DNA of 64,000 nucleotides from Desulfosudaceae bacterium. GTDB taxonomy: Bacteria; Desulfobacterota; Desulfobacteria; Desulfobacterales; Desulfosudaceae. Below the pieces are notes generated by a model. That model saw only the letters and a list, made by a program, of their open reading frames with translations, had not been told where the DNA came from and ran no database searches. Positions within the stretch are counted from its first letter, which is position 1. Every line of letters begins with the position of its first letter. This document shows, piece after piece, positions 1 through 8,279 of the stretch. The stretch covers positions 2,336,001 through 2,400,000 of the forward strand of contig CAXXDV010000003.1 of assembly GCA_963674745.2 (NCBI GenBank), written 5' to 3'. The position numbers and the translations under genes are program-made.

Positions 1-1
1 A

Positions 2-178
2 GCAGCCGTCTTATCCATAAGAGGCAACGAACCGATCAAGGCCTATGTCAATAGATTGACCAAACGGCACAGTAAAGGAAAATCACTTACCATCCTGGCC
101 CACAAGTTAGGCCGGACAGTGTATTATATGCTCAAACATAAGGAACCGTTTAATATGGAACGGTTTCTTCCGACGTAA
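2..178 (+). CDS. IS110-family transposase, C-terminal fragment (5' part outside window)
   Basis: Frame from nt 2 reads AAVLSIRGNEPIKAYVNRLTKRHSKGKSLTILAHKLGRTVYYMLKHKEPFNMERFLPT*, which fits the IS110 C-terminal pattern (A..A.R...YY.RL...KGK..A..A.ARKL.R..Y.ML). Confidence 0.85.
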   Translation, partial: AAVLSIRGNEPIKAYVNRLTKRHSKGKSLTILAHKLGRTVYYMLKHKEPFNMERFLPT

Positions 179-600
179 AGCTTGCCGCCACAGCTTGATG
201 CCTAACTGGGACCTGTGAAAATGACTTTGACAGTGATATGTGAAATTGAATTTCTGCAGCCCGACTGCTTAAATATCAATAAAGCAACCGGTTGGGATCC
301 CTTGGCGTTGATTAGAGTGGCGGCATTTAAATAATAAACGGAACAGGAAACGCTGCGCCTTACCCGACCCTGCATTATAACTGGATGGTCACGGCAGTAT
401 CGTGATCAACCCCGACCTTTGAATAGGGCGGCATGAGGTCACCGAATATATTCTAGGGCGTTTACCACTGTGTTGTTCAACTTGGTAAACCGGCAGCAGA
501 TACTGCGTAAGAGACCCTCAATATGTGTTTGTAGCAGCTATTTTACTACGCGCTTTGAATTAAAGACAGTGAGTCCGTTCTGTTTAAAAAACGGAAAGGG
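179..600 (+). ncRNA. candidate bridge RNA/seekRNA in the IS110 3' non-coding end
   Basis: Two closed domains: GCCGCCAC (184-191) pairs with GTGGCGGC (318-325), and AAACGGAAC (336-344) pairs with GTTCTGTTT (577-585). Short matches to the IS right end are present. IS1111-group elements encode their guide RNA downstream of the transposase. Confidence 0.55.
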
Positions 601-737
601 GGAGTAAAAACTCAGGCCCTAAAAAATTTTTATTCCCTATTGACTCCGGGCGGCTCATATGTGTTAACTGATTTTGTTTATAAAATTTCTTGTTAGATAA
701 ATAATATTTAAAAAACAAATTTTTAAATCTTTTGTCA

Positions 738-968
738 TTATAATTTTGGACTAAATTTTAATAACATTTCACGAATATATAGAATGACCATTATGGGCCA
801 CGCTAAAAAACTTACAATTATAAAAAATATTAAACGTGCAGATAAATGGTAAAGAGCAAATTTGATTGATGCATTGTGGCCTTTAATTGAATTGTTCAGA
901 TCTATAATTATCCATATTATTAGCCATACAAAACCTACAGCAATATATGCACAAAGAAAATTTTTCAT
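738..968 (-). CDS. cassette 19: small two-TM membrane protein
   Basis: ATG 968 lies just after R'. 76 aa with two hydrophobic stretches. The longer ORF-track start lies inside attC. Confidence 0.7.
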   Translation of the reverse strand: MKNFLCAYIAVGFVWLIIWIIIDLNNSIKGHNASIKFALYHLSARLIFFIIVSFLAWPIMVILYIREMLLKFSPKL

Positions 969-973
969 ATTAC

Positions 974-1096
974 AGTTAACGTCCACCGTCACTTGGGAGC
1001 AGGGAAAGGTGACTTTTGCAAAGCCACGTTAACACAGAACCACGATACTATAAAAGCAGCCCGCCCCTGCGAGTCAAGTGCATGGTGTGGTTATAT
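974..1096 (-). repeat. attC site (family B-related, 123 bp)
   Basis: AGTTAAC...GTTATAT cores with internal inverted repeat GCAGGG/CCCTGC. Confidence 0.9.
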
Positions 1097-1447
1097 GGCA
1101 ATTACATTCATTATTGCCTCTTTATCTTTAGTTTTCAGAACTTCAACAAGTTTTTTAACACGATTGATGGACTTATCAAAAACTGGAGATGTATTCTCAA
1201 ACGGCAATAATAGTTCAAGACTTGTTTCGGCTTGCTTCAATGCTTCATTAAAATTTTCTAAGCGAGCGTATGTACAGGCAATACACTCTATTAATATCGG
1301 GGTTCCACCTTCATTTTCCGCAAATTTCAGCGCAAGATTATAATGCTTTAGTGCGTCCTCGAAATTACCTTTGCGAATATTTTTGTGGCCTTTGCCCTCA
1401 TGCCATCCCGACATCATTGAATGATATATTTCTTTTACCGGATTCAT
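1091..1447 (-). CDS. cassette 18: tetratricopeptide-repeat protein
   Basis: KGNFEDALKHYNLAL and ACTYARLENFNEALKQAETSL are TPR-like helices. The stop lies within R''. Confidence 0.75.
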   Translation of the reverse strand: MNPVKEIYHSMMSGWHEGKGHKNIRKGNFEDALKHYNLALKFAENEGGTPILIECIACTYARLENFNEALKQAETSLELLLPFENTSPVFDKSINRVKKLVEVLKTKDKEAIMNVIAI

Positions 1448-1461
1448 TCGTATACTAAGCC

Positions 1462-1586
1462 ATATAACGTCCACGGTGTGGGGGCGCAAGGGGAACGGAC
1501 CACCCGCAAAATCTCGTTAATAAAATAATGTGGCAAGAGCCAAAGCCGGACGCCCCTTGCGGTCCCTTACCAACGTGTTGTTATGA
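1462..1586 (-). repeat. attC site (125 bp, diverged)
   Basis: ATATAAC...GTTATGA cores with GCAAGGGG/CCCCTTGC inverted repeat. Confidence 0.85.
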
Positions 1587-1892
1587 CTTTTTATAATATA
1601 TGTAGCATTCATCACATAAGAGGCGAATGCGTCCTTTATTGAACCAGTAAGTATCGCCTTCCTTTATTTTGTAATTGCATACAGAACAATGCTCATGGTC
1701 CCACATATCATCAATTAAATCATATTTTTCTTGGTCGAATTGTCCCCCATAATAGGGTAAAAAGTTACGATGACCATTTACAGGCTTTTTGCATACAAGT
1801 GCCGGATATGGGATAAAGACGGTTTTGGCAAAATCCTTATCGATTATTTCTTCCCATGTTTGCTTATAATATTCGTCATTGCGATTGATCAT
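1581..1892 (-). CDS. cassette 17: hypothetical protein with possible zinc-binding motif
   Basis: 103 aa with WDHEHCSVC...LLCDECY (two CxxC pairs). The stop lies in R''. Confidence 0.75.
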   Translation of the reverse strand: MINRNDEYYKQTWEEIIDKDFAKTVFIPYPALVCKKPVNGHRNFLPYYGGQFDQEKYDLIDDMWDHEHCSVCNYKIKEGDTYWFNKGRIRLLCDECYIYYKKS

Positions 1893-1923
1893 GGGTTGTC
1901 CGGGCTATTATTTATATTCATAG

Positions 1924-2050
1924 TCATAACGTCTGAAGCCAATGGCAGCAAGGGCTTCCACTAACTTGGTTAAAGATTTAGGTTGTTCAGTTCCCCCGAA
2001 ATTTCAAAACCCGAGTGCCCTTGCTGTCCACTTGAGCTTCTTGGTTAAAC
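1924..2050 (-). repeat. attC site (family A, 127 bp)
   Basis: TCATAAC gtctgaagccaatggcagc...gctgtccacttgagctt GTTAAAC. Confidence 0.93.
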
Positions 2051-2059
2051 CAAAAAACA

Positions 2060-2549
2060 TTAGTTTGGAACTTCCATTTCTTTTTTTATTCGATTGATTT
2101 CATCAAGATGACATGATTCCAATTCATTTTTATTTTTTTCCAACAGCGCAAGGAGTCTGTTCCCTTCTTCTTTTATTTTTATTTTTTTCCAACAGCGCAA
2201 GGAGTCTGTTCCCTTCTTCGGTGTCCCCCTTATTCAATTCTGCGCATATTAGTCCCAATAGGATATCAGGGTTTTGCATTTTTGTGTATGCTTCCCGATA
2301 ATACAATACAGACTTTTCATAGTCCCCTATCATAATATAGCAATAGCCAAGAGCAGCTTTAATAAGTGGGCTTGTCGATTCATTTAAAGCTTTTTTGTAA
2401 TTGCCGATCGCAAAACTAAACCAGTGAAGTTCAGTAAAACAGTTCGCTCGCGCAATATACAAATGTTCTTGGTCAAGCCCTACAAGTAAGTAAGCCAAAT
2501 GGAGATAGATTAATTTAACAATTGTCCATATTTTGCTGGCTATGCTCAT
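2060..2549 (-). CDS. cassette 16: TPR protein, C-terminus frameshifted by a 49-bp tandem duplication (current stop at 2130)
   Basis: AALGYCYIMIGDYEKSVLYYREA is a TPR motif. A 45-bp identical repeat lies at 2126-2170 and 2175-2219. Removing one unit restores the frame to TAA at 2060-2062. Confidence 0.75.
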
Positions 2550-2559
2550 AGTTATATAG

Positions 2560-2686
2560 GTTTAACGTCTCAAGCCAATGGCGGCCAGGGCTTCCACTGA
2601 CTTGGTTAATAAGTATGGTTGTTCAGTCCCCCCGAAATTTCAAAACCCGAGTGCCCTGGCTGTCCACTTGAGCTTGATTGTTATCG
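2560..2686 (-). repeat. attC site (family A, 127 bp)
   Basis: GTTTAAC...GTTATCG cores. Confidence 0.93.
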
Positions 2687-2692
2687 AAATAA

Positions 2693-3019
2693 TCATTTTG
2701 GGCTTGGGTTTCTATATACAAATTTCATTTGTTCAATAGAATTTGAATTTTTGAATAGAAACCATACTCTATTTTTTGTCCAGATAGTCACGTGCCCAGA
2801 ATCATCTATATCCATCGCCTCAAACGTATCATTATCCGATGTAATGATGCTTTTCGAAAAAATTGTACCTCTTTCAGAAGAAGGAGAATAGTCTTCTGGG
2901 TAATCCCCATCTTCATTTGATTTTTGAGCTTGTGCCGTATTTAATCGATCTTGTCTTGATTTAACTTTTTCGGGATTTGTTGGATATATGACAAAATCTT
3001 GCCATTCTTCGTAAATCAT
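2693..3019 (-). CDS. cassette 15: hypothetical protein
   Basis: 108-aa ORF that fills the cassette. It starts 11 nt after the intron 3' splice site. Confidence 0.7.
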   Translation of the reverse strand: MIYEEWQDFVIYPTNPEKVKSRQDRLNTAQAQKSNEDGDYPEDYSPSSERGTIFSKSIITSDNDTFEAMDIDDSGHVTIWTKNRVWFLFKNSNSIEQMKFVYRNPSPK

Positions 3020-3030
3020 ATTTTTCTCGA

Positions 3031-5033
3031 GTCGTGGTAGGAATGCCGGTTACCCGGCACCCCCCACACAGTCCCGGACGTGCGGTTTTCCCGCATCCGG
3101 TTCCTCGGTTATACTCGCTTCCGTGTCGGCTTAGCTCAACGCGCACGTGCGAAAACGTTTCTTTTCCGTCAGCTTCGGTTTCGGTATTTTTACGTATTCT
3201 AAGACCTGCTTAAATCGTTCCCAATTATAGCTTTTACGCTGGCTTCTGCGATTCAGCCATTTAAATGCCGAGCTGATCACATCTCTGTAAAACGACCATA
3301 CCGCACGGGCATTCCCCCGTACATAAAAATAATTGTAATGGCCGGTCAGCTTACGTTTCAGCCCATCAAAGATTTGTCTTTTCGGCAGATGCCGGGACTT
3401 CTTCAACCAATCTCTCATACGCGCCAAGGCTTCACGTTGCTTGGCCGGAGCCGTGCGACGCTGTGCCCGGGCAACACCTTTGCGGTCTTTTGACCAGTAA
3501 AATTCGAACCCCAGAAACGTGAACGTCCTGTCACGCTCCCGGCCGGGTTGGAATCGGCTGAACCGGATGACCTTTGTCTTGCTCGGCTCCACCTCAAGAC
3601 CATAGCAGCCGAGGCGTTTCGAAAGAACATCATAGAACCGGTCCGCATCTTCCCGATATTGAAAGGCGCATACCCAGTCATCCGCATATCTGCACATGAT
3701 GGCACGGCCTGCCAGCCTCGGTTTGACTACCTCCTGGAACCATTTATCCAGCACCTCATGCAGATAAATGTTCGACAGGACGGGAGATACGAGTCCTCCC
3801 TGGGGCGTCCCGGTAACCGGATGCTCGACCTGTCCGTCCGGATGCAGGATGCCCGCTTTCAGCCATTTTCTGATCAACCGCAAGAACGCCCGATCATTGA
3901 TCCGTTTCTCCAGTATGGCCATCAGCTTATCATGGTTAATGGTATCAAAATAACTTTTGATATCCGCTTCCACAACATAGCCGAATACGCCGAACTGAAA
4001 CTGAAACGTCAGGTCGCCGATCGCGTCCTTGGCCCCTTTATCCGGTCGGTATCCGTACGAACAATCCAGAAAATCCGGTTCGTATATCTCCGTCAGGATC
4101 ATGGCCACCGCCTTCTGGACAAGTTTGTCCTCCAAGGCGGGGATGCCCAGGGGCCGTTTCTTACCGTTACGCTTTGGAATAAAACGTCTTTTGACCAATC
4201 TCGCCCGGTATCTCTTCTGCCGGAGCTGTTCCGCCAGCCCTTCCAGGTTGGCGATCAGGTCCTGACTGTATGTCTTGACGGTGATGTCGTCATCGGCTAT
4301 GGCCGAACTTTTATTCAAGCCCTTCCACGCCAGATGAAGCAGTTCCGTATTAAGCAGACCATAAAGATCCCGAAAGCGATGCTGCGTGTTGAACCGAGCC
4401 GTTTTGGCTATCCCCCGCAGTGAGGTTTGCACACGTTTATCCGATCCTGCTGTGTCCGGCATGTGTTTCCTTTGCGGGCTACGTACTTCCGTCAAGTCCT
4501 TCCCCATGTACGTGGCTTTCCCACGCTCAGAGTACTATGCTCGATACGACTCCCACCCAACCAGGGTTCCTCCACTTTCGCTTTGGTTCCCCTTCCTGCC
4601 CTGCGGCTACTTAGGCTCGGCTGATATCTGTATCCGGGTTTCCCTTTCGTGTCTAAGTGTCAGCCGGACCATATTGCCGCGCAGGAGTCGGATGGGCCTC
4701 CCAAGTTCTTGTGTGCGTCTCTTCGTACATGCCACGGCTTGATAACTCCGCCGGCCCTCCACACCCTCACCATAACGGATGCTTTTGTGTTGCCTTCGAG
4801 TACGTTACAACTCTCGGCGACCGGAACCAAGCTTCCTTTCGAAGCGATACCAGCACTTCAGGGAGCACGGACTCCCCTACGGCCTGTACGATTCTCTGTG
4901 TACGCTTCGTGTGGGTCGTTCGACGGTATGCCTATCCTTCCCAATCACGCAACACTCGATACGGGTGGCTGGTTAGGCCTCACCCGACGGGGACTTGCAC
5001 CCCGCAAGACGCACCAAGCTTCGCTTGGCGCGC
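3031..5033 (-). mobile_element. group II intron (2003 nt), probably bacterial class E, inserted in attC R' core
   Basis: 5' end is GCGCGCCAAG. Domain V reads GAACCGGATGCGGGAAAACCGCACGTCCGG and domain VI ends CCTACCACGAC. Excision restores GTTA|TCGA, the complement of the cassette's own R'' (gttatcga 2680-2687). Confidence 0.93.
3131..4507 (-). CDS. ltrA: group II intron reverse transcriptase/maturase (no endonuclease domain)
   Basis: Motifs RPLGIPALEDK, GTPQGGLVSPVLSNIYL, RYADD, FTFLGF and X domain GHYNYF...WLNRRSQRKS. The true start may be 4462 or later. Confidence 0.95.
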   Translation of the reverse strand: MGKDLTEVRSPQRKHMPDTAGSDKRVQTSLRGIAKTARFNTQHRFRDLYGLLNTELLHLAWKGLNKSSAIADDDITVKTYSQDLIANLEGLAEQLRQKRYRARLVKRRFIPKRNGKKRPLGIPALEDKLVQKAVAMILTEIYEPDFLDCSYGYRPDKGAKDAIGDLTFQFQFGVFGYVVEADIKSYFDTINHDKLMAILEKRINDRAFLRLIRKWLKAGILHPDGQVEHPVTGTPQGGLVSPVLSNIYLHEVLDKWFQEVVKPRLAGRAIMCRYADDWVCAFQYREDADRFYDVLSKRLGCYGLEVEPSKTKVIRFSRFQPGRERDRTFTFLGFEFYWSKDRKGVARAQRRTAPAKQREALARMRDWLKKSRHLPKRQIFDGLKRKLTGHYNYFYVRGNARAVWSFYRDVISSAFKWLNRRSQRKSYNWERFKQVLEYVKIPKPKLTEKKRFRTCALS

Positions 5034-5157
5034 TAACGTCTGAAGCCAATGGCAGCCAGGGCTTCCACCGACTTGGTTAAAGATTTTGGTTATTCAACTC
5101 CCACTATTTTTCAAAACCCGAGTGCCCTGGCTGTCCACTTGAGCTTCTTGGTTAGTT
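5031..5157 (-). repeat. attC site (family A), R' core interrupted by the intron after GTTA
   Basis: taacgtctgaagccaatggcagccagggc...GTTAGTT, near-identical to other family A sites. Confidence 0.93.
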
Positions 5158-5537
5158 TTCTTCTTCTCTCTGATGTTAAGAATTGTCTTATACAAATCCT
5201 CCATATCCTGACCAGCCCATGGATACATCCGATAATATTTTGATCTGGGCAATATGCTGTTGGCTATGTCGAAGCAATTACAAGTATCGATGTCAATTTG
5301 GAAATTCATTATGACCATTGATTTGGTTTTATTATCATAAATCTTGAGATCTTCCCATGAACGGGGCCATTCATTGTTTCTCTTCACATAGAATGTTGTT
5401 TGTTTTATAACATCGGCAGTTTTATATTCTGGCCCGGTGTTAGCAATGAGTGCAGTGAAACGCCCCAAAAAATAGGCAACCAAGATTGATAGAATGAATA
5501 AAGCCGCTATTAAAAATTTCTTCTTCTTACCAGTCAT
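5094..5537 (-). CDS. cassette 14: hypothetical membrane-anchored protein; ORF runs into attC
   Basis: N-terminal basic plus hydrophobic segment. The stop lies about 60 bp inside attC. Confidence 0.65.
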   Translation of the reverse strand: MTGKKKKFLIAALFILSILVAYFLGRFTALIANTGPEYKTADVIKQTTFYVKRNNEWPRSWEDLKIYDNKTKSMVIMNFQIDIDTCNCFDIANSILPRSKYYRMYPWAGQDMEDLYKTILNIREKKKTNQEAQVDSQGTRVLKNSGS

Positions 5538-5603
5538 TTCACACTTCTCGTAGGTATATGAAGCTATTCATTCGGGTTGCTGCTTCTCATGTGTAGTAAT
5601 GAA

Positions 5604-5731
5604 AACTAACGGCTGCAGCCAAAGGGCGCCAGGGTTTCCTCTGACTGTCTTATAGGTGGTTTATGTTCAGTTCCCCCTGAGTGTTCAAAAGCCGAGTGCC
5701 CTGGCGATCCTCTTGCGCTGCTTGGTTCGGC
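5604..5731 (-). repeat. attC site (family A'', 128 bp)
   Basis: AACTAAC...cgccaggg/ccctggcg...GTTCGGC. Confidence 0.92.
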
Positions 5732-6214
5732 TTACTCTATATTTTTCTGTAGATGATTTAGAATTTTTTCGCCTCTTTCTACTATAACATCAATATCTTC
5801 ATTAACCCACATCAAGTAAATAACTCTAATGTAATTAAAATCCTCGATACAATCTTCTTGGGGGAACATTGTTATTGTAAAATGTCCATTTTCAACCCGC
5901 CAAGCCCAAAATTTATCTCCTACAATATATTCGGTATCGGGATACTTTGTATTTATGATCTTCCTCATTTCATCAAGTTTGATTTTATTGTCTGGGAAAA
6001 GCATGGATATTGCTTTGCATAAATTGTTCTCAATATCTAATTGAATGTTGCTGGGATAAAGAAGAGTATTTTTATTATTTTCTCCCACTGAGAATAATTG
6101 AAGAGGCGTGTTTACGTCTTTCCCAAGTATACTTGTATTTACGTCAACTATCTCAGTCGCATTTGCATCATTAAGCACTAAAATGAGAATGATTAAAAAA
6201 AATATCTTTTTCAT
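5732..6214 (-). CDS. cassette 13: exported hypothetical protein
   Basis: Signal-peptide-like MKKIFFLIILILVLNDANA. The stop is adjacent to R''. Confidence 0.75.
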   Translation of the reverse strand: MKKIFFLIILILVLNDANATEIVDVNTSILGKDVNTPLQLFSVGENNKNTLLYPSNIQLDIENNLCKAISMLFPDNKIKLDEMRKIINTKYPDTEYIVGDKFWAWRVENGHFTITMFPQEDCIEDFNYIRVIYLMWVNEDIDVIVERGEKILNHLQKNIE

Positions 6215-6234
6215 TTTGATATTTCCAATCAGAA

Positions 6235-6329
6235 GCCGAACGTCTGAGGTTAGCTGCAAACTGGAGAGAAAAAAAATAAATTGGCCTCGGTCGGCCAGCC
6301 AGTTTGTCAGCTACAACTCATTGTTCAAG
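6235..6329 (-). repeat. attC site, short atypical type (95 bp)
   Basis: GCCGAAC...TAGCTGCAAACTGG/CCAGTTTGTCAGCTA...GTTCAAG. Confidence 0.85.
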
Positions 6330-6665
6330 TCGGCCCTTCTATATTAATGGTGAAAAGTACCGACTGTCCGTTTAAAATATTTTTTTATCCCCTGGACATG
6401 ACCCTTTTTAGAATCATTATTACCTTCGGCCACCAGGAATTGGTTCATCAATTTCCCTTTTTCAGACTTCAAAATCATTTTTTCAGCCTTTTCCCAGAAT
6501 CGGATCTGGTTCTTAATGCCGATGAATATCGCACAAATAAAACAAAAATGTACCAGCTGATCCGAGCTTATGAAGACTGAAGCGTAAGCCCCTTTTTATA
6601 ATTGTGCTCGCCCCTAAATTATAACTTAATGCCCAAAATTGTCGCATAAAACCTGCGGCAGCTTA
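6330..6665 (-). other. cassette 12: apparently gene-less cassette
   Basis: Only short (about 44 codon) ORFs on the cassette strand and a weak antisense ORF. The cores match (gttcaagt/acttgaac). Confidence 0.6.
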
Positions 6666-6791
6666 CTTGAACGTCGGCAGCCAGAGGGAGCCAGGGATTC
6701 CACTGACTGTCTTAATGTTGGTTAATGTTCAATTCCCCCGGTTACTCAACAAAGCCTGCCCTGGCGATCCTGCTGCGATGCCTTGTTATGA
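6666..6791 (-). repeat. attC site (126 bp)
   Basis: CTTGAAC...gccaggg/ccctggc...GTTATGA. Confidence 0.9.
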
Positions 6792-6793
6792 AT

Positions 6794-7084
6794 CTATTGA
6801 ATTATTACAGTTGCTACAAGTGCCATTCCGCAAAGAGGAACCATTATAATTGCAGGCCATTTAGGTTTTCTCCTATATGCATAAACTGCAAAAATAAGAG
6901 ATGCAATTCCGAACAAACGATAATATTCCAATTTTCCCAATAATCTCGTACAGCCCCGAAGATCTAAGGCATTGTGTATGTCCGAATATAGGTTGAATAA
7001 ATAAAGACAATTGGCAGCACAAACGATACTTAGTATCACAAGTGGCCAAGATGATTTTTTATTATCTCTTGAATCGTGATCCAT
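6794..7084 (-). CDS. cassette 11: small membrane protein
   Basis: 96 aa with three hydrophobic segments. Confidence 0.75.
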   Translation of the reverse strand: MDHDSRDNKKSSWPLVILSIVCAANCLYLFNLYSDIHNALDLRGCTRLLGKLEYYRLFGIASLIFAVYAYRRKPKWPAIIMVPLCGMALVATVIIQ

Positions 7085-7104
7085 TAATTTTCATATCATA
7101 AGAT

Positions 7105-7228
7105 TCATAACGTCCGCCACCACCGGCGAGCAGGGTTTGCGGACTTCGCTAAAGTAAGTTTAACACCAAACTACGCTAAAACCAAAGCAGCACGCCCCTG
7201 CGAGTCAGCGTGGGTGGTGTTGTTATAT
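7105..7228 (-). repeat. attC site (family B, 124 bp)
   Basis: TCATAAC gtccgccaccaccggcgagcaggg...cccctgcgagtc...GTTATAT. Confidence 0.93.
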
Positions 7229-7663
7229 TTAAAAAAAATCTAATTGCGATATTACAGCCGCCAAAATAATTGCAATAATAATTGCGCCTAATGCAAGTGC
7301 CAAAAACTGGAAGGCTATTGCCCCGCCTCCAAGAACTGCGGCCCCTCCGGCAACTCTGAGAGATTCGTTTTTAATAAAAGCCACAACTGCAATGATAATC
7401 GCTATGCCACCCAAGAGCGCTGTGATCACATCAATTATTTTGTCTGCATCCCATTTCGACGACCATTTTTCTTCTTTTACTTCTTTACCTTTAAGGGCAG
7501 CAACTGTCGCATCTCTTATGGCAACTGCTTTTTCAGCAATGGTTTGCTCTAACTTTGGCTGTGGTGCGAAAGGTCCTGCGTAAAAATGGAATAACGCCAA
7601 CAGCAAAGCAATTGACCCGATAATAACACCGATAATTCCGATCTTTGATTTCTCTTCGTCCAT
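7229..7663 (-). CDS. cassette 10: YidI-like inner membrane protein
   Basis: G.IAL...HF..GPF.P.P.LE..IAEK...I.....A.LKG pattern and C-terminal GGG.IAF resemble E. coli YidI as recalled. Confidence 0.65.
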   Translation of the reverse strand: MDEEKSKIGIIGVIIGSIALLLALFHFYAGPFAPQPKLEQTIAEKAVAIRDATVAALKGKEVKEEKWSSKWDADKIIDVITALLGGIAIIIAVVAFIKNESLRVAGGAAVLGGGAIAFQFLALALGAIIIAIILAAVISQLDFF

Positions 7664-7676
7664 TGTTGTCCCTAAA

Positions 7677-7803
7677 ATATAACGTCTTCAGCCAAAGGGC
7701 GCCAGGGCTTACTCCGACTGACTTAAAGATGGTTAAAGTTCAATCGCCAAGGTTTTTCAAAACCCGAGTGCCCTGGCGATCCTCTTGCGCTGAATGGTTA
7801 TAA
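7677..7803 (-). repeat. attC site (family A'', 127 bp)
   Basis: ATATAAC...GTTATAA cores. Confidence 0.93.
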
Positions 7804-8127
7804 GATTTTGTTTATATAATATAAGACAGTTACAAAACATAAAGCTGAAAATAGAAAGTAGAAAGACACCAGAACATTGAACAGTTTAGGCATTTTTTCT
7901 TTATCGATAGCAACTGTTGACGCCCAGGCTCTTCCAGAGACAACTGAAAAGAAAGCGCTCAAAAATGATATTAGGCAAAACAAGACTGCGAACCACAAAG
8001 TTACTGTATCTTTGCTCAAAAAACCTTGCTTGTATTGCCAAATCACAAAAAACGAAATAAATATGCTCGGGATTATTAGAAATAATTGGATATTATAAAA
8101 TCTATTTCTCTTTTTATGGTCAACCAA
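7798..8127 (-). CDS. cassette 9: three-TM membrane protein
   Basis: 109-aa hydrophobic ORF with TTG start and stop in R''. Confidence 0.7.
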   Translation of the reverse strand: MVDHKKRNRFYNIQLFLIIPSIFISFFVIWQYKQGFLSKDTVTLWFAVLFCLISFLSAFFSVVSGRAWASTVAIDKEKMPKLFNVLVSFYFLFSALCFVTVLYYINKIL

Positions 8128-8154
8128 TTCGATTTTCTCTATTTCTGATTTGTC

Positions 8155-8279
8155 TTATAACGTCTGCAGCCAAAGTAGCCAGGGCTTTCTCCGACTGCCT
8201 TAAAGATGGTTAATGTTCAATTTTCCCCGAATTTTCGAACCCGAGTGCCCTGGCTGTCATTTGGGCTGCTTGGTTGTGC
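8155..8279 (-). repeat. attC site (family A', 125 bp)
   Basis: TTATAAC gtctgcagccaaagtagccaggg...GTTGTGC. Confidence 0.93.

Larger units (their letters stand above)
1..661 (+). mobile_element. IS110-family (IS1111-group-like) insertion sequence, right part, inserted in an attC site
   Basis: Transposase end is followed by about 480 bp of non-coding DNA ending in TTGACTCCGGGCGGCTCATAT. This abuts GTTAACTG (663-670), the R'' core that matches the start of the adjacent cassette (CAGTTAAC 973-980). The right boundary is uncertain by a few bp. Confidence 0.8.

Noticed and set aside
303..316. TGGCGTTGATTAGA resembling the family B attC end TGGCGTTGTTAGA, as a possible target guide
   Set aside because: The segment pairs with 194-203 in the predicted stem, so it is probably not exposed. 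The match may be chance.
662..698. A tiny 37-bp attC from GTTAAC to GTTAGAT
   Set aside because: It is too short. GTTAACTG is better explained as the R'' of cassette 19, with the rest of attC displaced by the IS.
3131..4507. RT as a retron, DGR or defence RT
   Set aside because: Flanking domain V/VI, EBS1-IBS1 pairing, the maturase X domain and exact exon restoration identify a group II intron.
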